From Myxococcota bacterium (lineage in GTDB: Bacteria; Myxococcota_A; UBA9160; UBA6930), in NCBI GenBank assembly GCA_965223705.1, contig OZ245015.1:4448001-4512000 (forward strand): 64,000 bases of DNA, in the 5' to 3' direction. The notes under the pieces were generated by a model that made no database searches, was not told the origin of the DNA, and saw nothing but the letters and a program-made list of their open reading frames with translations. Below are positions 60,214 to 64,000 of the stretch, in pieces. A program made the position numbers and the translations under genes. How positions within the stretch are numbered: the first letter of the stretch is position 1; each line of letters begins with the position of its first letter.

Positions 60214-60408
60214 TCCTTTCGACAGCCGTTCGACCCGCCCGGGTGAGGGTTAGGGCACTGGCTTTGCGTCACCGCGTTCCCACGGTTTTGCCGTTTCGGT
60301 GGAGCGCGACTGGGCCACGCTCTGCAAGAGGCTTTATCGTCCGACCCGCGCCTTGGATGAGGGTAAAATGACCCATATCACACTTTTTCCGATGCGCGCA
60401 GGACCCTC

Positions 60409-61536
60409 ATGAGCGACGGAACCCCGAAAGGCGCTTGCTGGCCGGACCGGCAGGACGCCCAGCTGCTTCGGGCTTGCTTGCTGCCCGACGGCCGAGGTGC
60501 CGAGGCCTACCGCCGCTGGCGGGCGTCGGTGGATCTCAAGACCATGCGCCATCCGTGGCTGCGGCTGATGCCGCTGCTACAACACAACCTCGGCCGGCTG
60601 GGCATCGCGGACGCGGAGCAGGATCTTCTGCGTGGAGTCTTGCGCCAATCGTGGTTTACAGGCCAGGTCGCGACGGCTCGTGCCGCACCGATCCTGCAGC
60701 GGATGGACGCGAACGGGATACCCACCATGGTTCTCAAGGGTGCGGCTCTGGCCGAGCTCTACTACGAGAACCCCGCGTTGCGTCCCATGGAGGACTTGGA
60801 CGTGTGCGTGCCGGTCGCGCGGGCGCCCGAGGCATTCGCGCTGATGCAATCGGCGGGCTACCGGCCAGGCGATTACGGCTTTGAACCGACGTTTCCGACC
60901 TGTCAGCTCCGTTCCCATGCCTGGGGTTTTCGCGCGGAGAACGACCACGAGTTGGATTTGCACTGGCATGTCTTGCCCGCCGCCCGGTGGGACGACGCCG
61001 ACCGAGGGTTCTGGGCCGACAGCCGGCCCTTCGAGCTGGGCTCCGTCGCCACGCGCACGCTATCGGCGGAAGACCATGTCCTGCACGCGTGCGTCCATGG
61101 AACGACTTGGAATCAAGGCCACATCCTCCACTGGATTGCCGACGTGGCGACGATTGTGCGGCGCGTGGGAGACCGCTTCGACCCTCGCGTGCTGATCGAT
61201 CGAGCGCGGCAACTGGGCGTCGTGTCGCACCTGAAAGCCGGCCTGTCTTACGTGCACGGACTTCTCGACGTTTTGCCGCAACACGTGGTCGCGGCACTCC
61301 GACGCGTCCGTCCACAACTGAGCGATCGCGTGAGCTTCTTCTACCGTCGCAACGAACGCAGTTCGTCGGCAGGCGCGATGGCGTTGCAGCTCTTGTTCTG
61401 GCATCGCGAACGACACGCCCGTGCGAAAGACCGTTGGCTCTCCTTTCCGGCCTACCTTCGCGAGTATTGGCGGTGCGATTCCAACTGGTCCATGGCCCGC
61501 CGCGCGTTGCGTGCGATGAGCGGGAAGAGCGCATGA
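60409..61536 (+). CDS. Nucleotidyltransferase (NTP_transf_5-like)
   Basis: VLKGAAL..Y..RPMEDLDV, LDLHW, LHACVHG, WIADV. Confidence 0.88.
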   Translation: MSDGTPKGACWPDRQDAQLLRACLLPDGRGAEAYRRWRASVDLKTMRHPWLRLMPLLQHNLGRLGIADAEQDLLRGVLRQSWFTGQVATARAAPILQRMDANGIPTMVLKGAALAELYYENPALRPMEDLDVCVPVARAPEAFALMQSAGYRPGDYGFEPTFPTCQLRSHAWGFRAENDHELDLHWHVLPAARWDDADRGFWADSRPFELGSVATRTLSAEDHVLHACVHGTTWNQGHILHWIADVATIVRRVGDRFDPRVLIDRARQLGVVSHLKAGLSYVHGLLDVLPQHVVAALRRVRPQLSDRVSFFYRRNERSSSAGAMALQLLFWHRERHARAKDRWLSFPAYLREYWRCDSNWSMARRALRAMSGKSA

Positions 61537-62213
61537 AAACTCGAGCCGACGCCGCAATCAGTGTGATCATCCCGGTCCACAACCGCGAGGCCTTGCTCCC
61601 CGAGACCCTGGCGTCGGTTTGGGCTCAGACGCTCGCGCCGGCCGAAGTCATCGTGGTCGACGACGGCTCGACCGACAACTCCGTGCGGGTGGCGAAGCGC
61701 TGGCGCCCTCACGTCCGAGTCGCGTCGCAGTCGCAACAGGGACCGGGCGCGGCCCGCAACGCGGGCATCGCCTTGGCGTCCGGTGATCTGCTGGCCTTTG
61801 TCGACTCCGACGATCTATGGCCCGAAGATAAACTCGAGAAGCAGGCCGCTGTCCTTGCAGAGCGACCCGAACTGGACATGGTCTTCGGTGCCGTTGAACA
61901 GTTTGCCGACCCCGACGTGACGGAGCGCGGGGGAGCTTTCGATCCGACGGCGGCGTCGATGGCTCCGCATGTCGGTACCTTGGTCGCCCGGCGCCACTGT
62001 TTCGAACGCGCCGGTTCGTTCAATCCAAAGTGGAAAAACGGCGAATTCATCGACTGGTTCGGTCGCGCCCAAGATGCCGGGTTACGCCACGAGGTGTTGC
62101 CATGCCGCCTGCTGCGCCGCCGTATTCACGCCGGCAATTTGATGCGTCAGACCGGAGACGAACTCGACTACGCCCGCATCCTGAAAGCCGCAATCGATCG
62201 ACGCAGGGGCTGA
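61533..62213 (+). CDS. GT2 glycosyltransferase
   Basis: SVIIPVHN, VVDDGSTD, ARNAG, FVDSDDLW; ATGA overlap with the upstream stop. Confidence 0.92.
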   Translation: MKTRADAAISVIIPVHNREALLPETLASVWAQTLAPAEVIVVDDGSTDNSVRVAKRWRPHVRVASQSQQGPGAARNAGIALASGDLLAFVDSDDLWPEDKLEKQAAVLAERPELDMVFGAVEQFADPDVTERGGAFDPTAASMAPHVGTLVARRHCFERAGSFNPKWKNGEFIDWFGRAQDAGLRHEVLPCRLLRRRIHAGNLMRQTGDELDYARILKAAIDRRRG

Positions 62214-62250
62214 GCACCTGCCCGCGTTTTGTGGCATAAACGAGGGTCTT

Positions 62251-62745
62251 ATGCCGCGTTTCCTTCGCCCCGCCGGCCCACACATCTCGGTGTCCATCCT
62301 CGACGGCGAGCTCGTCGCTATCGACCTGGCATCCGGTAGCTACTACCACGCGGGGGTCGTCGGCGCCCAGATCTGGGAGCTCGCTTCGACGCAGGTAGAA
62401 GCGCAGGACATCGCGACCCGACTGGCGGACCGCTATCCCGGCGTCGACCAGGTGATCGATCACGTAGGTGCGTTTCTGGATCAACTGATCGAGAGCGGCC
62501 TGGTGAGCGAACACGAGACACCCGGGCCGGTCGACGGGCCACCGTCGCAACCCGCCGAACCGCCGGCAGGCTCGGGCGCCTATGAGCCGCCCAATCTCGG
62601 TCGCTTCGACGACATGCAGCAACTGCTCCTGTTGGACCCGATCCACGATGTCGATCAGTCCGGGTGGCCTGTAAGCCATGAGAATGCCCCGACCGCCGAC
62701 ACGACGAAGGTTGCGGCGAAGGGCTCCTCCTCCGGAGCTTCGTGA
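62251..62745 (+). CDS. PqqD/RRE-domain protein with C-terminal extension
   Basis: LDGELVAIDLASGSYY..GAQIWEL..FLDQLIESGLV, then Pro-rich linker, YEPPNL and LLLLDPIHDVDQSGWP. Confidence 0.82.
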   Translation: MPRFLRPAGPHISVSILDGELVAIDLASGSYYHAGVVGAQIWELASTQVEAQDIATRLADRYPGVDQVIDHVGAFLDQLIESGLVSEHETPGPVDGPPSQPAEPPAGSGAYEPPNLGRFDDMQQLLLLDPIHDVDQSGWPVSHENAPTADTTKVAAKGSSSGAS

Positions 62746-63842
62746 CGCACAACCCGCCGGGTCCGGAATACCGCGCGTTTGTCGCTTCCCTGGTGGCACG
62801 TGCACGAGCCGCAATCGACAGCCACGCCGCGAAACCCCGTACCTGCGAACCGGTGCAGCTGAGGCTGGACGACGATCGACTGGTCGTCCGCTGCGCTGGC
62901 GCAAGCGTCTCCGAGCGATTGCTCCCCGCCTTCGCAGGCCTCCTCTCTCCGCACCGAGAAGCAGGCGGCGAAACCGACGCGATACCTGCGGTGCCCGAAA
63001 TTCTCGCGTTCGACACCGCGTCGAGCGGCATCCAACCGCCGCCCCCTCCTTTCCCGTTGCAGGCCATCCGCGAGCGCGGCGTCGTCGAAGCAGGGGATGG
63101 CTTGACCATGGCCTTCCAGGTGGGCGCCGACACCTTGAGCGTCTGGGATGAAGGGCAGCAACGGGGTGTCTTCTGGACCCGGGATGCCGAAGCGTTGCCC
63201 TACTACGAGACGGGGGCTCCGCTGCGCCATCTGCTCCAGTGGTGGGGCGCCGGCCGCGGGTGGCAACTGGTACACGCTGCCGCGGTCGGCACGCGAGCCG
63301 GCGCCGCGCTACTCGTCGGCCCCGGGGGTTCGGGGAAATCCACCTGCGCACTGCGATGCCTGGGGTCGCGCCTTTCGTATCTGGCGGATGACTACTGCAT
63401 GGTCCGGCGCGAACCGACCGCTCGGGTGCACGCCCTGTACACCACCGCCAAGGTCAAGAACGATTACACCACGCACGCTGCATCCCTTGCGAAAAGCCTC
63501 AGCTCGACCGCGCACATTCGGGCGGAAAAGCGGTTGTACTTCCTGCATCCTCAGCACGAGGAGCAACTGCTCGCGGCCGCTCCTCTCGCGATGATTCTGG
63601 TGCCGACCATCCGGACGCAAGGCGAACTGCGCACCGAGCCTTTTCCGCGGGCGATGGCGCTCGCCGCATTGGCGCCGTCATCGATCTTCCAGGTCGCCGG
63701 CGCAGGTTCTTCTAGTTTTCGCTTTTTGACGATGCTCGTCGCGGACCTTCCGTGTCGGCGTTTGTTGCTGGGCCCCGACATGGCTCACCTCTCCGAAGTC
63801 ATCGAAGGCGCGCTCGCCGAAGCCTCGGAGGGTGGCTCATGA
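62742..63842 (+). CDS. HPr kinase-like P-loop kinase
   Basis: VHAAAV, GPGGSGKST, LADD; GTGA overlap with the upstream stop. Confidence 0.8.
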   Translation: MTHNPPGPEYRAFVASLVARARAAIDSHAAKPRTCEPVQLRLDDDRLVVRCAGASVSERLLPAFAGLLSPHREAGGETDAIPAVPEILAFDTASSGIQPPPPPFPLQAIRERGVVEAGDGLTMAFQVGADTLSVWDEGQQRGVFWTRDAEALPYYETGAPLRHLLQWWGAGRGWQLVHAAAVGTRAGAALLVGPGGSGKSTCALRCLGSRLSYLADDYCMVRREPTARVHALYTTAKVKNDYTTHAASLAKSLSSTAHIRAEKRLYFLHPQHEEQLLAAAPLAMILVPTIRTQGELRTEPFPRAMALAALAPSSIFQVAGAGSSSFRFLTMLVADLPCRRLLLGPDMAHLSEVIEGALAEASEGGS

Positions 63843-64000
63843 AACCGATCGTGTCCGTCATTATCCCGGCGTACAACGCAGCCGCGACCTTGCAGCGGAG
63901 CGTCGATTCCGTGCTGAGCCAGGATGTCGACAAGATGGAAATTCTGGTCGTTGACGACGGCTCGACTGACGACACACCGAAGGTAGCGACACAACCAGCG
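63839..64000 (+). CDS. GT2 glycosyltransferase, N-terminal part (runs off the window)
   Basis: MKPIVSVIIPAYNAAATLQRSVDSVLSQ..VVDDGSTD; ATGA overlap with the upstream stop. Confidence 0.88.
   Translation, partial: MKPIVSVIIPAYNAAATLQRSVDSVLSQDVDKMEILVVDDGSTDDTPKVATQPA

Noticed and set aside
60214..60408. Separate RiPP precursor upstream of the RRE operon
   Set aside because: No short plus-strand ORF with a leader motif or RBS was found; the 60334-60552 minus ORF is a shadow.
1..64000. CRISPR arrays, tRNA/rRNA (including selC), transposases, integrases, prophage
   Set aside because: None recognised by eye; intergenic spaces are short and no spaced direct repeats were seen. A covariance-model scan would be needed to exclude small RNAs.

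Overview
GC-rich bacterial chromosomal window with about 66 densely packed CDSs. A Myxococcota/deltaproteobacterial origin is inferred from the PilZ proteins, the PEP-CTERM protein and a Cys-TM-basic sorting tail. No rRNA, tRNA, CRISPR array or mobile element was seen. Content: a 5'-truncated C25 gingipain-like protease; a Rieske/TRAP/CoA-transferase catabolic cluster; housekeeping genes (asd, asnS, class I aldolase, cyclophilin, murA, mscL, nhaA, HelD-like and DEAD-box helicases); an hpa 4-hydroxyphenylacetate meta-cleavage cluster; a P450; and, at the right edge, a nucleotidyltransferase-GT2-PqqD/RRE-kinase-GT2 operon. The standout signal is missed by the ORF track. At 53336-54049 (-) a 237-aa MerB-like (organomercurial lyase fold) gene carries two in-frame TGA codons exactly at the two catalytic Cys positions, each followed by a SECIS-like hairpin. 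It is probably a two-selenocysteine organometal lyase with an altered active site (Asp to Gly) and no mer operon. Second is the PqqD/RRE protein fused to a lasso-leader-like YxxPxL segment, in a kinase/nucleotidyltransferase/glycosyltransferase operon. All family calls are by eye from motifs; no database searches were run.
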